Source of the DNA: an uncultured bacterium
Lineage (GTDB): Bacteria > Methylomirabilota > Methylomirabilia > Rokubacteriales > CSP1-6
DNA length: 50,676 nucleotides
Direction: 5' to 3'
Assembly (NCBI GenBank): GCA_964642915.1
Contig: CAZXPE010000001.1
Coordinates: 1 to 50,676 of the forward strand
A program made the position numbers and the translations under genes. The notes beneath the pieces are model-generated. The model saw only the letters and a list, made by a program, of their open reading frames with translations. It searched no databases and was not told the origin of the DNA. Positions 25,496 through 34,434 of the stretch are shown in pieces (within the stretch, counting starts at the first letter, position 1; the number at the start of each line of letters is the position of its first letter).

Positions 25496-26116
25496 CTACA
25501 GCAGAAGGTCATGGGGACCAACGCCGCGGGCCGCCTGGGGGCTCGGCAGCTTCCTCGGGCCGGCGGCCTTTTCCAGTTCGGCGAGCCGCTCGGCTGGGAT
25601 CTCCATAGCGCTTGCGATTTCCTCGACTGTCGGGTTTCTGCCGAGCTGTCGCCTGAGGCGGGCTTTTTCCTTGAGGGAGCGCTTGAGGAGCGCCTCCATA
25701 TGAGCTGAAAACCGGACAGAGCGCGCCTGGTTAACGAGCGCCCGGACCATGGCCTGCCTGACCCGCCATGCGGCGTAGCTGTCGAAGGTAGCCTCGCGGC
25801 CGCGGCGGAACTGCCTAACGGCTCTGAGAAGACCCAGGTTTCCCTCCTCGACCAGATCCGCGAGCGGGAGTCCCCGGCTCACGTATCCCCGGGCGATGCG
25901 GACGACGCGTCCGAGGTTGGTCTCAACCAGCCGAGCCTCGGCCTCCCGGTCCCCGGTCGTGACCCTGAGCACCAGCGCCTGTTGCTCATCGGGCGTGGAT
26001 GGGCTGATTCCAGAAATTTCCTGGAGGTAGAGAGAGAGGACCTCGCGTTCCCGGGAGCATTCGTCGCGCTCATCCGGCGCTCCTTCCGGGTTGAAGTCCC
26101 GGTCCGCTCTACTCAT
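25496..26116 (-). CDS. Sigma-70 family protein with regions 1.2, 2 and 3.0/3.1 only; region 3.2/4 is absent (truncated sigma factor or pseudogene remnant)
   Basis: Region 1.2: VLSLYLQEISGISPSTPDEQ. Region 2: LVETNLGRVVRIARGYVSRGLPLADLVEEGNLGLLRAVRQF..FDSYAAWRVRQAMVRA. Region 3: SVRFSAHMEALL..LGRNPTVEEIASAMEIP. The ORF ends at tandem TAG TAG, 32 nt before the tRNA-Arg. Its ATG overlaps the nlpD-like stop. Confidence 0.75.
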   Translation of the reverse strand: MSRADRDFNPEGAPDERDECSREREVLSLYLQEISGISPSTPDEQQALVLRVTTGDREAEARLVETNLGRVVRIARGYVSRGLPLADLVEEGNLGLLRAVRQFRRGREATFDSYAAWRVRQAMVRALVNQARSVRFSAHMEALLKRSLKEKARLRRQLGRNPTVEEIASAMEIPAERLAELEKAAGPRKLPSPQAARGVGPHDLLL

Positions 26117-26897
26117 CCTCCTCGTCCTCGTCAGGTTGGGTCTCGGAAACTGGCACGATCTCCCGGTCCGGTAGAAGAAACAAAGGGTTGAGGAATCGAT
26201 CGTTATCCCTGATCTCGAAATGGAGATGATAGGTGGTCGCCCGTCCGGTTCGGCCGACGGTTCCTATGATCTGGCCTTGGGCTACTTGGTCACCCACCTC
26301 GACGAAGTTTTGCAGGTTGTGGGCGTACACGGTGACAAAGCCCCCCTCATGCTCGATCTTCACGACGCGGCCGTAAAGGCGCTCCCAACCGCTGAAAATG
26401 ACGGCACCCGCCGCCGCCGCCTGGATCGGTGTTCCTGCCTCAGCCTTGACATCGATCCCTCTGTGCCAGCTCCTCCTCCGCCTTCCGAAGTCAGAGCTGA
26501 CCGGCCCGTCCAGGGGCCACAGAAGGTTGATAGCGCGGCCATCAAGTTCTGGCTTCGGCAGCACAGGGTCGGCAGGCACCTGCTGGTAGGACACCTTTCC
26601 CGTGGCGGCGGGCCGCGGCTTCCCGGGAACCAGCAATCGCTGTCCCACTGCCAGGACGTCGGGGCGATGCAAGCGGTTCGACTCGATCAGGGCTCTGACG
26701 CTGACGCCGTAAAGCGAGGCGATCCGGCCCAGCGTCTCTTCCCTACGGACGGTGTGAAACGTCTGTTTTTTCTTGGCGGTGGCTGTCTCGGACCTCGGAT
26801 GGGCGGTGCCAGCTCCCGGATGGGAGAGCACGTAGAGGCCCAGCATGACAAGCCACGGCACAGGAGCCCGAGCGAAGCGCCCCATCCCGCTCTTCAT
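26109..26897 (-). CDS. nlpD: LysM-domain M23 metallopeptidase (NlpD-like)
   Basis: Has a signal/TM segment, a LysM domain (HTVRREETLGRIASLYGVSVRALIESNRL) and M23 motifs HRGIDV and YHLHFEIR. I chose the ATG at 26897; the longer ORF-track start overlaps acyP. Confidence 0.85.
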   Translation of the reverse strand: MKSGMGRFARAPVPWLVMLGLYVLSHPGAGTAHPRSETATAKKKQTFHTVRREETLGRIASLYGVSVRALIESNRLHRPDVLAVGQRLLVPGKPRPAATGKVSYQQVPADPVLPKPELDGRAINLLWPLDGPVSSDFGRRRRSWHRGIDVKAEAGTPIQAAAAGAVIFSGWERLYGRVVKIEHEGGFVTVYAHNLQNFVEVGDQVAQGQIIGTVGRTGRATTYHLHFEIRDNDRFLNPLFLLPDREIVPVSETQPDEDEEDE

Positions 26898-26905
26898 GTC
26901 ATCCC

Positions 26906-27205
26906 TCAAAACTCGGCGAAGCGGATCCCGAACGACACAAAGCGCCCGGTTGGGGGGACCCTCGTCACGGTGACCTTTTCGACTCGCGCGAGCGGGGGCC
27001 CACGCTCCAGATCCCGGACAAGATCGTCTATGCACTCCAAAGGGCCTTCGACACGAACCCGCACCCGGCCATCCCGGAGGTTCATGACGTACCCCGTAAG
27101 CCCGAGCTTCTCCGCCTTTCGCTGGGTGAAGTTCCGGTACCCGACTCCCTGGATGTGGCCCTCCACGACAATTTCCGCGGCGCTCCTGGGACTTAGTACG
27201 GTCAT
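26906..27205 (-). CDS. acyP: Acylphosphatase
   Basis: 99 aa with VEGHIQGVGYRNF and GYVMNLRDGRVRVRVEG motifs. It starts 18 nt after the tRNA-Pro(CGG) 3' end. Confidence 0.85.
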   Translation of the reverse strand: MTVLSPRSAAEIVVEGHIQGVGYRNFTQRKAEKLGLTGYVMNLRDGRVRVRVEGPLECIDDLVRDLERGPPLARVEKVTVTRVPPTGRFVSFGIRFAEF

Positions 27206-27223
27206 CTATGAAAGAAGGAAAGT

Positions 27224-27300
27224 TGGTCGGGGCGACTGGATTTGAACCAGCGACCTCCTGCTCCCGAAGCAGGCGCGCTACCAGGCTGCGCTACGCCCCG
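27224..27300 (-). tRNA. tRNA-Pro (anticodon CGG)
   Basis: Hand-folded: CGGGGCG TA GCGC AGCCTGGTA GCGC G CCTGC TTCGGGA GCAGG AGGTC GCTGG TTCAAAT CCAGT CGCCCCG A CCA (77 nt). Confidence 0.9.
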
Positions 27301-27323
27301 GCGTCTCAAGGCAAGGTCGATAT

Positions 27324-27980
27324 TCAACACTCCCAAGCGTATTTTCCAATGAGTTTCACGAAGACGCAACCGACCTCCGTGGTCGTCCGCATCTCACCGC
27401 CCACCCGGTCGACCACCGTGAGCTGCTGCGCGGTGGCGTCGCCGACAGGAAGAACCATGCGCCCGTTCTCTGCGAGCTGCTCGAAGAGCGGCGGCGGCAC
27501 TGCCGGGGCCCCTGCGGTCACGAGTATCCTGTCGAAGGGCGCTTCGTCAGACCAGCCGAACGTCCCGTTGGCGGTTCGCACCCAGACGTTCATGTGCCCG
27601 AGCTCCTCTAAAATCCTGCGCGCGCGGCTCGCCAGGGAAGCCAGGCGCTCGACCGAGCAGACCCGGCGGGCGCACTCGGCCAGCACCGCCGTTTGATAGC
27701 CCGACCCCGTGCCGATTTCCAGCACCTTTTCCGTCCCGGTCAGCCTGAGAAGCTGTGTCATCAATCCGACCATGTACGGTTGCGAAATCGTTTGCCCCTC
27801 CCCAATGGGGAGCGGGTAATCGCCGTACGCGCGGTCCTGAAACGCTTCGTCCACGAAAAGGTGGCGGGGAACCTTCTGCATGGCCTCAACGACGCGCGCG
27901 TCGGTAATGCCCCGGCGGATCAATTGCTCCTCAACCATCCGCTCGCGCTCTTTCCAGAACCGCCCCTCACGAAGGTTCAC
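27324..27980 (-). CDS. pcm: Protein-L-isoaspartate O-methyltransferase
   Basis: Contains [19 protein letters not shown] and the SAM motif [16 protein letters not shown]. The GTG at 27980 overlaps the surE end; the ATG at 27938 is an alternative start. Confidence 0.9.
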   Translation of the reverse strand: MNLREGRFWKERERMVEEQLIRRGITDARVVEAMQKVPRHLFVDEAFQDRAYGDYPLPIGEGQTISQPYMVGLMTQLLRLTGTEKVLEIGTGSGYQTAVLAECARRVCSVERLASLASRARRILEELGHMNVWVRTANGTFGWSDEAPFDRILVTAGAPAVPPPLFEQLAENGRMVLPVGDATAQQLTVVDRVGGEMRTTTEVGCVFVKLIGKYAWEC

Positions 27981-28794
27981 GGATCCGCTTCAGCCTCTCC
28001 CCTCGCCCGCGTGCGCCTGCGGAGCCCTTCAAGGACGGCGCTTTTGAACCGAGCTGAGCGGTGAGCGCTTCTTCCCAACCCGTCAGTCGCCTCAGCGTGT
28101 CGTAGTCGGTCAGGTCCAGATGCAACGGGGTGACTGAAACATATCCTCTGCGGATGGCCGCGATGTCCGTGTCCTCTCGGTCTTCCCACACGGGGGGGCC
28201 TCCGCCGATCCAGTAGTACGTCTTTCCCCTGGGGTCAACCTCCTCTGTTACCTTTTCCTTGTACACCCGGTGCCCGAGCCGGGTCAGCCGGAGGCCCTTC
28301 GGGCGGCCTCGTGGGACGTTGACGTTCAAGAGGGTCTTCGGTGGAAGCCCCTCCACCAACACCCGGGCCGCGAGCAACCGGGCAACGGCCGCCGCCTCGT
28401 CGAACACGCCCTGGGCCGATTCCACGAGGGAGATAGCCACCGAAGGCACTCCCAGGAGGGTTCCCTCCATGGCGGCCGAAACTGTCCCGGAGTAAGTCAC
28501 ATCGTCTCCTAGGTTGCCGCCAGAGTTGATCCCGGACACGACGAGCTTGGGCGGCTCCGGGAGCAGTCCCAGCACTCCAAGATTGACGCAGTCTGATGGC
28601 ATCCCGTTCACAGAAAAGCGCCTTTCGCCGACCGGCTCGGCGCGGAGTGGGCGGTGCAGGGTCAGCGCGTGGCCCACGGCGCTCCTCTCGCGGTCGGGCG
28701 CCACGACATACACCGGGCCCAGCTCTTCCAGGGCATCGGCGAGAGCGGCCAGGCCGGGCGCGAACAGTCCGTCATCGTTGGTGACGAGAATCAC
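27967..28794 (-). CDS. surE: 5'/3'-nucleotidase SurE
   Basis: Starts MILVTNDDGLFAPGL and contains SGINSGGNLGDDVTYSGTVSAAMEG. GTG start with AAGGGAGG 8 nt upstream. Confidence 0.92.
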   Translation of the reverse strand: MILVTNDDGLFAPGLAALADALEELGPVYVVAPDRERSAVGHALTLHRPLRAEPVGERRFSVNGMPSDCVNLGVLGLLPEPPKLVVSGINSGGNLGDDVTYSGTVSAAMEGTLLGVPSVAISLVESAQGVFDEAAAVARLLAARVLVEGLPPKTLLNVNVPRGRPKGLRLTRLGHRVYKEKVTEEVDPRGKTYYWIGGGPPVWEDREDTDIAAIRRGYVSVTPLHLDLTDYDTLRRLTGWEEALTAQLGSKAPSLKGSAGARGRGERLKRIREPS

Positions 28795-28815
28795 GCAATA
28801 AGCCTCCCTTACAAC

Positions 28816-28841
28816 AAAAAAAGAGCAGATCCGAGATCTGC
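28816..28841 (-). terminator. Intrinsic terminator after tRNA-Pro(GGG)
   Basis: On the minus strand: GCAGATC-tcg-GATCTGC followed by TCTTTTTTTG. Confidence 0.7.
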
Positions 28842-28858
28842 CGCATCATTCGGAAAGC

Positions 28859-28935
<77 letters not shown>

Positions 28936-28971
28936 GACCATGGGCCATTGTACGGGAGGGGCGGAAGGAAT

Positions 28972-29349
28972 TCAAGGAGGGCGTCTCCGGAGATCGCGTT
29001 CGAGGAAGGACCGAAGCGCTTGAAGACGGCCCCTGACGCGTTTCAATATCTCGCCGTGCGCGACTTCTTTCAAGCCGAGGTTCATCTGCTCAGCGCCGCG
29101 TCTCGATTCGGCGAACAGGCGCTTCTTAGCTCCCTCCAGCGTGAGCCGCTCGTCGTATAGCAGGGTCTTGATCCGGGAAACGAGGTCAAGGTCGCGCCTG
29201 CGGTACATGCGCTGTCCCGCCTGGTTCTTTTTCGGCCGCAGGAGCTTGAACTCGGACTCCCAGTAGCGAAGGACGTAGGCCGGCACCTCGGTGGCCGCCG
29301 CCACCTCGCCTATACGATAGTAAAGCTTGTCGGGAATCTCCAGGATCAT
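28972..29349 (-). CDS. MerR-family transcriptional regulator
   Basis: N-terminal wHTH: [46 protein letters not shown]. It lies directly downstream of ihfA, which is a common pairing. Confidence 0.85.
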   Translation of the reverse strand: MILEIPDKLYYRIGEVAAATEVPAYVLRYWESEFKLLRPKKNQAGQRMYRRRDLDLVSRIKTLLYDERLTLEGAKKRLFAESRRGAEQMNLGLKEVAHGEILKRVRGRLQALRSFLERDLRRRPP

Positions 29350-29367
29350 GGCGCCGGAGAACCCCCT

Positions 29368-29640
29368 CTACTGGTTGATTCGAAGTTTCAGCCCCTTGCT
29401 CGGTTTGAAGGTAAGGACCTTTCGAGCTGTGATTTCGATGCTGTCGCCGGTCTGCGGGTTTCGGCCGCGACGGGATGCTTTTTTTCTTATCCGGAAGTGG
29501 CCGAACCCCACGATCTTCACATCCTCGCTTCGCTCGAAAGATCGGAGGATGATGTCGAAGACGTTCTCCACGACGGCGGCGGACTGCCGCTTTGACAGCC
29601 CGTGAGCCGCGACAGCATTGATCAGGTCGTTCTTCGTCAC
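29368..29640 (-). CDS. ihfA: Integration host factor subunit alpha (HU/IHF family)
   Basis: 90 aa with GFGHFRIRKKASRRGRNPQTGDSIEITARKVLTFKPS. Confidence 0.85.
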   Translation of the reverse strand: MTKNDLINAVAAHGLSKRQSAAVVENVFDIILRSFERSEDVKIVGFGHFRIRKKASRRGRNPQTGDSIEITARKVLTFKPSKGLKLRINQ

Positions 29641-29646
29641 GGAGCA

Positions 29647-29982
29647 TCACCTCCCTTCCGCATGAACGCTCTCTCTGATCCAGTCAATGTAGCCGTGGAA
29701 TCCTGACTCCACGGGGATCGCCAGTATTTCAGGGACGGAGTAGGAGTGGAGGGCGCGGACGCGCTCCTCCAGCGCCCCGTATCGCTCCCGCCTGGTCTTC
29801 ACCACCAGGAGCGCCTCGTCTGTTTCCTCGAGCCGTCCCTTCCAGCGGAAAAACGATCGGATCCCCCGCACCACGTTCACGCAAGCGGCCAGGCGCTCCT
29901 CAACCAGCGCGCGCGCGATGGCCGCTGCCTCCTCCGGCGACTGGACGGTGACGAATACGACCAGCGTGCCTTCGGATATCAT
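29647..29982 (-). CDS. cutA: Divalent-cation tolerance protein CutA
   Basis: 111 aa with LAACVNVV, SFFRWKG and VVKTRRERY motifs. Its ATG overlaps the SPOR gene stop (ATGA). Confidence 0.8.
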   Translation of the reverse strand: MISEGTLVVFVTVQSPEEAAAIARALVEERLAACVNVVRGIRSFFRWKGRLEETDEALLVVKTRRERYGALEERVRALHSYSVPEILAIPVESGFHGYIDWIRESVHAEGR

Positions 29983-30785
29983 CGGGCTTCCCCGCGGACG
30001 ATGAACCCGCTGTACCCTTTCTCCTCAAGCTCACGCCGGGCGGCCTCAGCGGCGGCACGGTCGGGGAACCCCCCGACTGACACCACGTGAACGGTCACCG
30101 CTCCCTCAGCGCGCCTGATTTTCACCCTGAAGCCGTCAGCCCGGAGCGTTTGAGAGAGGTGAACGGCTTCCTTCAGGTCAAGCGGCGGGCGGATAACAGC
30201 GCCGCCTCGGCCGGCCTCGCTTTTCCCGCCCTTCCCTTCCAGTTTAGCGTTGACCTCCGCAGGGGAGGCGTCCAGCACTACGACTTCGTGACCGCCTTGG
30301 GATGAGCGGGTGACCACGGCGCGCCTCACCGGATAGTTCTCCTCTGCCAGCCTGGCGGCCAGCCTTGCGGCGTTGGCCGACTCCCGAAAGGCGCCCACCT
30401 GCACCAGATAGCTGCCACGCGCGCCGGCCTTCTTGGGGGGAGCGGTTTCTCGGATCTTCTCTGGCTTGCGCGGTTCGAGAGCTGCGGGTCTCGACGGCTC
30501 TGTAACCAATTTCTCGGATGGAGCCGCCGGGGCAGAGGGGGTGGCGGCAGGCGCTCCGGAGGATGGAGGGGACGTGGGCGGTTTCTGCGGTTCTCCGGGC
30601 GCCGGAGCTTTTGGTCCCGAAACCGATCGGACCGGCGCCGGCGCGAATTGGTCGAGGAGGTACGGCAACGCTACGACGGCAGCCAGAACCAGCACGATCA
30701 GGACAAGAAGGAGACGAAACCAACGGGCGGAAAAAACGCTCGGAGGAGAGGATCCGCGTCGATAGTCGTCGTCTTCAGGCTCCAC
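29979..30785 (-). CDS. SPOR-domain protein (TM anchor, Pro-rich linker, two SPOR-like repeats)
   Basis: TM segment WFRLLLVLIVLVLAAVVALPYLL, then a PAP-rich linker. Two SPOR-like repeats follow: YLVQVGAFRESANAARLAARL and HVVSVGGFPDRAAAEAARRELEEKGYSGFIV. Confidence 0.8.
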   Translation of the reverse strand: MEPEDDDYRRGSSPPSVFSARWFRLLLVLIVLVLAAVVALPYLLDQFAPAPVRSVSGPKAPAPGEPQKPPTSPPSSGAPAATPSAPAAPSEKLVTEPSRPAALEPRKPEKIRETAPPKKAGARGSYLVQVGAFRESANAARLAARLAEENYPVRRAVVTRSSQGGHEVVVLDASPAEVNAKLEGKGGKSEAGRGGAVIRPPLDLKEAVHLSQTLRADGFRVKIRRAEGAVTVHVVSVGGFPDRAAAEAARRELEEKGYSGFIVRGEAR

Positions 30786-30888
30786 CTAACGCCCCCCCCG
30801 CATCCGATCCGTACGGATGTCCTGAAAACACCGTCTTATCTTAGCACAGCGATCCGGAGGCACAAACCAATTTTCCTTTCGGTTCCGG

Positions 30889-31767
30889 TCAGTTAGCCTT
30901 AAGGAAGGCCAGATCGTGGACGTAAGATTCCGCCGAGCTGCGAGTGTCGTTTGAGTCGATCATCACTGCTATCTTGCCGACCTTGGGCGGCTCTCTCCTG
31001 AACAGCTCGACGTAATCCTGATAGACGTTTCGCTCTTCCCGTATCCACCGCCCGGCGTTATCTCCTCCGCTCTGGAGCACCACGAGCCTCACGTTCCGGG
31101 ATTGAGGGCTCGTTATCTTGAGTCCCGCCGGGGCCCGGCTGTCCCATATGTAGCCGATCACGTCGCTGTTCACCTTCGGTGATGGCCACCTCGGGAAAAT
31201 CACATAGACTTGGATGGCTTGATCGTCGCGTCCCTTCTCCCTGACGTCCCCACCCGCTGGCAGCGTGAGCGCCTTCCAGGTCCACGTCAGGACCGGAAAG
31301 CGCTTGGGATCCAGGACGACGTCCCGGTAAAGAGCGAACGAAGTCTGCTTGCTCACCAACCTCAGCGCCAGACGGGCTCCATCCCTGACCACCTCGACAT
31401 GTGCCCGCCCGGAGAACTCCTTGAGGTCCCAACCCGGGGGGGGCGAGGTCTGCGGCAGCTTGTCGGGATCTTCGTCTGTGATCTTCACGACCACCTGGTC
31501 TTCCCGGTCTGGCTGGAGGGCCGGCGCCGGCGTCGGCTTCCCGGGCGTGAGTCCTGAAGGGATCTGGGAGCCGGACCCGCTCGATGACTGGGAAGAAAGC
31601 GTCCGGGGAGCTTCCGGAGGACGGGAGTGATCCTGTGAGGATCCTGAGAAGATCCGGAGATAAAACGCCCGGTGCCGCGGGCTGAGAGAGAGCGTTCCGA
31701 CAAGCGCCGCCACCAGCAGAAGCGCCAACCCTACCCAGAGCGGGGTGTTGCGTTTTCGTCTATTCAC
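30889..31767 (-). CDS. DUF3047-like secreted/membrane-anchored protein
   Basis: N-terminal TM segment and an S/P-rich linker, then LTWTWKALTLPAGGDVREKGRDDQAIQVYVIF..IGYIWD..AVMIDSNDTRSSAE. The family call is from memory. The GTG start overlaps the der stop (GTGA). Confidence 0.65.
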   Translation of the reverse strand: MNRRKRNTPLWVGLALLLVAALVGTLSLSPRHRAFYLRIFSGSSQDHSRPPEAPRTLSSQSSSGSGSQIPSGLTPGKPTPAPALQPDREDQVVVKITDEDPDKLPQTSPPPGWDLKEFSGRAHVEVVRDGARLALRLVSKQTSFALYRDVVLDPKRFPVLTWTWKALTLPAGGDVREKGRDDQAIQVYVIFPRWPSPKVNSDVIGYIWDSRAPAGLKITSPQSRNVRLVVLQSGGDNAGRWIREERNVYQDYVELFRREPPKVGKIAVMIDSNDTRSSAESYVHDLAFLKAN

Positions 31768-33101
31768 CGGCGACGCCTGAGGTGATCGCTACGGCTCTTC
31801 GCCCGGCGGAAAACCAGGCGGACGCGCGATCCAGAGAAGCCAAACTTTCTCCGGATCGAGTTGACGAGATAGCGCTCGTAGGAGAAATGAAGATCCTTGA
31901 TCTGGTTAGACCGCACCACAAAGGTCGGAGGAGCCACCCCGACCTGGGAGACGGAGCGCACTCGAAGTGGAACCCCCCCTGAGGTGACCGGCCGCCGCTC
32001 GACCGCGGCCACCACGGTCCCGGTAGCGATCTCAGGGGAGACGCGTTTGGTGGCTTCTTCGCCGACCCGATCAACGAGGTCAAAAAGCTCATTGAGCCCC
32101 GAGCTGGTGACGGCGGACGTAAAAGCAACGGGGGCGTAGTCAAGGAACGGGAGCGCTTCTCTTATCCGCACAACGAACGCCGCGCGCCGCGCGGCTCCGC
32201 GGGGAACGAGGTCCCACTTGTTGACGGCGATCACGATGGCCCGGCCTGCCTCGTGCGCATATCCGGCGATGTGGGCGTCCTGCGCCGTCACCCCCTCCGG
32301 GGCGTCCAGCATCACGATAGCCACCTGGCACCGTTCAATGCCTTTAAGCGCCATCACGACCGCCAGCTTCTCCAGAGGTTGGGTAACGCGTCCCTTGCGC
32401 CTTATTCCAGCGGTATCGATCAGCACGTACGGCTTCCCCCTGAACAGGAGCGGGGTGTCCACTGCGTCCCGTGTTGTTCCCGGCGACTCGTGGACGAGCA
32501 GTCGCTCGGCCCCAAGGACCGCGTTGACAAGCGAGGATTTGCCGACGTTCGGTCGCCCGACCACGGCCACTCTGAGCCCCCGAGCGGCGCCCGACTCAGC
32601 TTGGGAGGGGGCAGCAGAGTGGGCAGCTTCCAGAAGCTCGGCTACGCCGCGCCCATGCTCGGCCGAAACCGCGAACACCGGAGAAAAGCCGAGGGCGTGG
32701 AACTCGCCGGTATGGGGTTCCTGGGCCGCGCCGTCCACCTTGTTGACCACGAGGAAAACAGGCCGGCGGGAGCGTCTCAGAACCGTCGCCACCTCGCTGT
32801 CGAGAGGGGTCAGCCCGGCACGCCCGTCCACCACAAAGAAGACGAGGTCAGCTTCTTCAATCGCCGCGAGCACCTGACGACGGATCGCCCCGATCAGGTC
32901 AATCTTCGCGCCGGGATCAAACCCACCCGTGTCGATCGCCGTGGCCTGCCAGTTCCCGAACGCGACGCTCCCGTACAGTCGATCCCTGGTGACGCCGGGC
33001 TCATCCCTGACCAACGCTTGCCGCCTCTCAATGAGCCGGTTGAACAGGGCCGACTTCCCCACGTTGGGCCGCCCGACAATGGCGATGACCGGGCGGATCA
33101 T
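31764..33101 (-). CDS. der: Ribosome-biogenesis GTPase Der (EngA)
   Basis: Two G-domains (GRPNVGKSALFNRL and GRPNVGKSSLVNAV) plus a KH-like C-terminus. Confidence 0.95.
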   Translation of the reverse strand: MIRPVIAIVGRPNVGKSALFNRLIERRQALVRDEPGVTRDRLYGSVAFGNWQATAIDTGGFDPGAKIDLIGAIRRQVLAAIEEADLVFFVVDGRAGLTPLDSEVATVLRRSRRPVFLVVNKVDGAAQEPHTGEFHALGFSPVFAVSAEHGRGVAELLEAAHSAAPSQAESGAARGLRVAVVGRPNVGKSSLVNAVLGAERLLVHESPGTTRDAVDTPLLFRGKPYVLIDTAGIRRKGRVTQPLEKLAVVMALKGIERCQVAIVMLDAPEGVTAQDAHIAGYAHEAGRAIVIAVNKWDLVPRGAARRAAFVVRIREALPFLDYAPVAFTSAVTSSGLNELFDLVDRVGEEATKRVSPEIATGTVVAAVERRPVTSGGVPLRVRSVSQVGVAPPTFVVRSNQIKDLHFSYERYLVNSIRRKFGFSGSRVRLVFRRAKSRSDHLRRRR

Positions 33102-33107
33102 CGTCCT

Positions 33108-34430
33108 TCACCCGGCCAGCAAAGCGTTGAGGAGGGCGCGAGGAGCGGTATCGATCGCCTTGACCCGGGTCCCGAGGCGTATCTCGATCTCCTTCGGTGA
33201 AAGGTCGTCGAGGAACAGTCCGTCCCCTTCCCTGAGAGCCACGGCGGGAACCAGGATCGGGTCAGCGAGCGGCAGCCGGCTCAGCTCGTTGAGAATGTCC
33301 CGGCCGGTGAGCAGCCCGGCCACCCCGATCGCGTGACCGAAGAAGTCATTCGCCACAGGGACCACCGAAACCTCGATTCCGTCCACGCGGACCAGTTCCA
33401 ATAGAGACGCCAAACGAGGAGCAAACATAGTTCCGGTCACAACGTTGACCTTCCTGTGCGACGGCGCGGCGCGCGGGAGCCGTCCGATCTCCCTTAGAAA
33501 CCCGTCAGTGAACCGGCGGACGAGTCCCACGCCGTTCTCGATGAGAGGGAACTCTTCGTAGTGACGGGCCGGCGGCGGCTCGATCCCGGCGGTGAGGTAG
33601 AATTCATCAGCGAGATACACGAAGCGGGTCCCCAGCCTTTTCCTCAATTCCCTCTGCCACGATCCAACTGTCAGCGCGATCTCCCTGGCTTCTTCGGGCG
33701 CGACCGAACGGAGTTGAGGGAGCCGGTCCCTGTGGCGGGTCAACCCCACCGGAACCACGGCGACAGTTGCCACTCCGGGGTGGAGGGCCGAAAGCTCCCT
33801 CACGCTCCGTTCCAGGTGGGGACCATCGTTCAGTGTCGGGCAGAGCACGATCTGGGCGTGCATGGTGATCCCGGCTCTGGCGAGCCGCTCCATCAGCGGG
33901 AGGAGGTCGCGCCTGGTCCTCGGCTCTCCCAGGAGGCGGCGCCTCAGGTCAGGATCGGTCGCGTGGACTGAGACGTAGAGCGGGGACAACCGCTGGTCGA
34001 TGATCCTCCGAATGTCCTCGTCCGACAGGTCAGTCAGGGTGACGTAGTTGCCGTGGAGGAACGAGAGGCGGTAGTCGTTGTCCTTCACGTAGAGGCTCTT
34101 CCGCATCCCCTTCGGCAACTGGTGGACGAAGCAGAAGACGCACTTGTTGGCGCATGTGATGATTTCGCCGGGTTGAGGCGCTGACAACTCGAGTCCGAGG
34201 CCCCTCCCCAACCGGCGCATGAGCGTGACGACGCAGTGCGTCCCCTCTCTGTCAAGATCAATCCGGAGAACCTTCTCTCCGGCCTGAAAGTGGAAGTCTA
34301 TCGGATCCCTGAGCGGCACGCCGTTGATTGCCAGGAGGCGGTCGCCCGGGAGAAGGCCGGCCACGGCGGCGGGACTGCGCGGGCGGATCCTCTCCACAAC
34401 GATTCCTTCGCAGGGCGCCCGCCTTGTCAC
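33108..34430 (-). CDS. PDZ-domain / radical-SAM-like DUF512 protein
   Basis: PDZ domain (SPAAVAGLLPGDRLLAINGVPL), a CX3CX2C motif (CANKCVFCF) and LSFLHGNYVTLTDL. DUF512 genes are commonly found upstream of der. Confidence 0.8.
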   Translation of the reverse strand: MTRRAPCEGIVVERIRPRSPAAVAGLLPGDRLLAINGVPLRDPIDFHFQAGEKVLRIDLDREGTHCVVTLMRRLGRGLGLELSAPQPGEIITCANKCVFCFVHQLPKGMRKSLYVKDNDYRLSFLHGNYVTLTDLSDEDIRRIIDQRLSPLYVSVHATDPDLRRRLLGEPRTRRDLLPLMERLARAGITMHAQIVLCPTLNDGPHLERSVRELSALHPGVATVAVVPVGLTRHRDRLPQLRSVAPEEAREIALTVGSWQRELRKRLGTRFVYLADEFYLTAGIEPPPARHYEEFPLIENGVGLVRRFTDGFLREIGRLPRAAPSHRKVNVVTGTMFAPRLASLLELVRVDGIEVSVVPVANDFFGHAIGVAGLLTGRDILNELSRLPLADPILVPAVALREGDGLFLDDLSPKEIEIRLGTRVKAIDTAPRALLNALLAG

Positions 34431-34434
34431 AGGA

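Noticed and set aside
25377-25500. Possible integrated element or att site at tRNA-Arg(CCT), which might explain the truncated sigma gene.
   Set aside because: No integrase, excisionase, phage genes or visible duplicated tRNA 3' fragment lie nearby. The sigma gene abuts the tRNA 5' side, whereas integrases normally target the 3' end. The 3' side runs straight into yjbQ.
27208-27696. ORFs translating ..[11 protein letters not shown].. (also 28654-29160), which look like a conserved repeated peptide.
   Set aside because: The shared peptide is just the antisense translation of the two near-identical tRNA-Pro genes. The rest of each ORF is antisense to pcm or the MerR gene.
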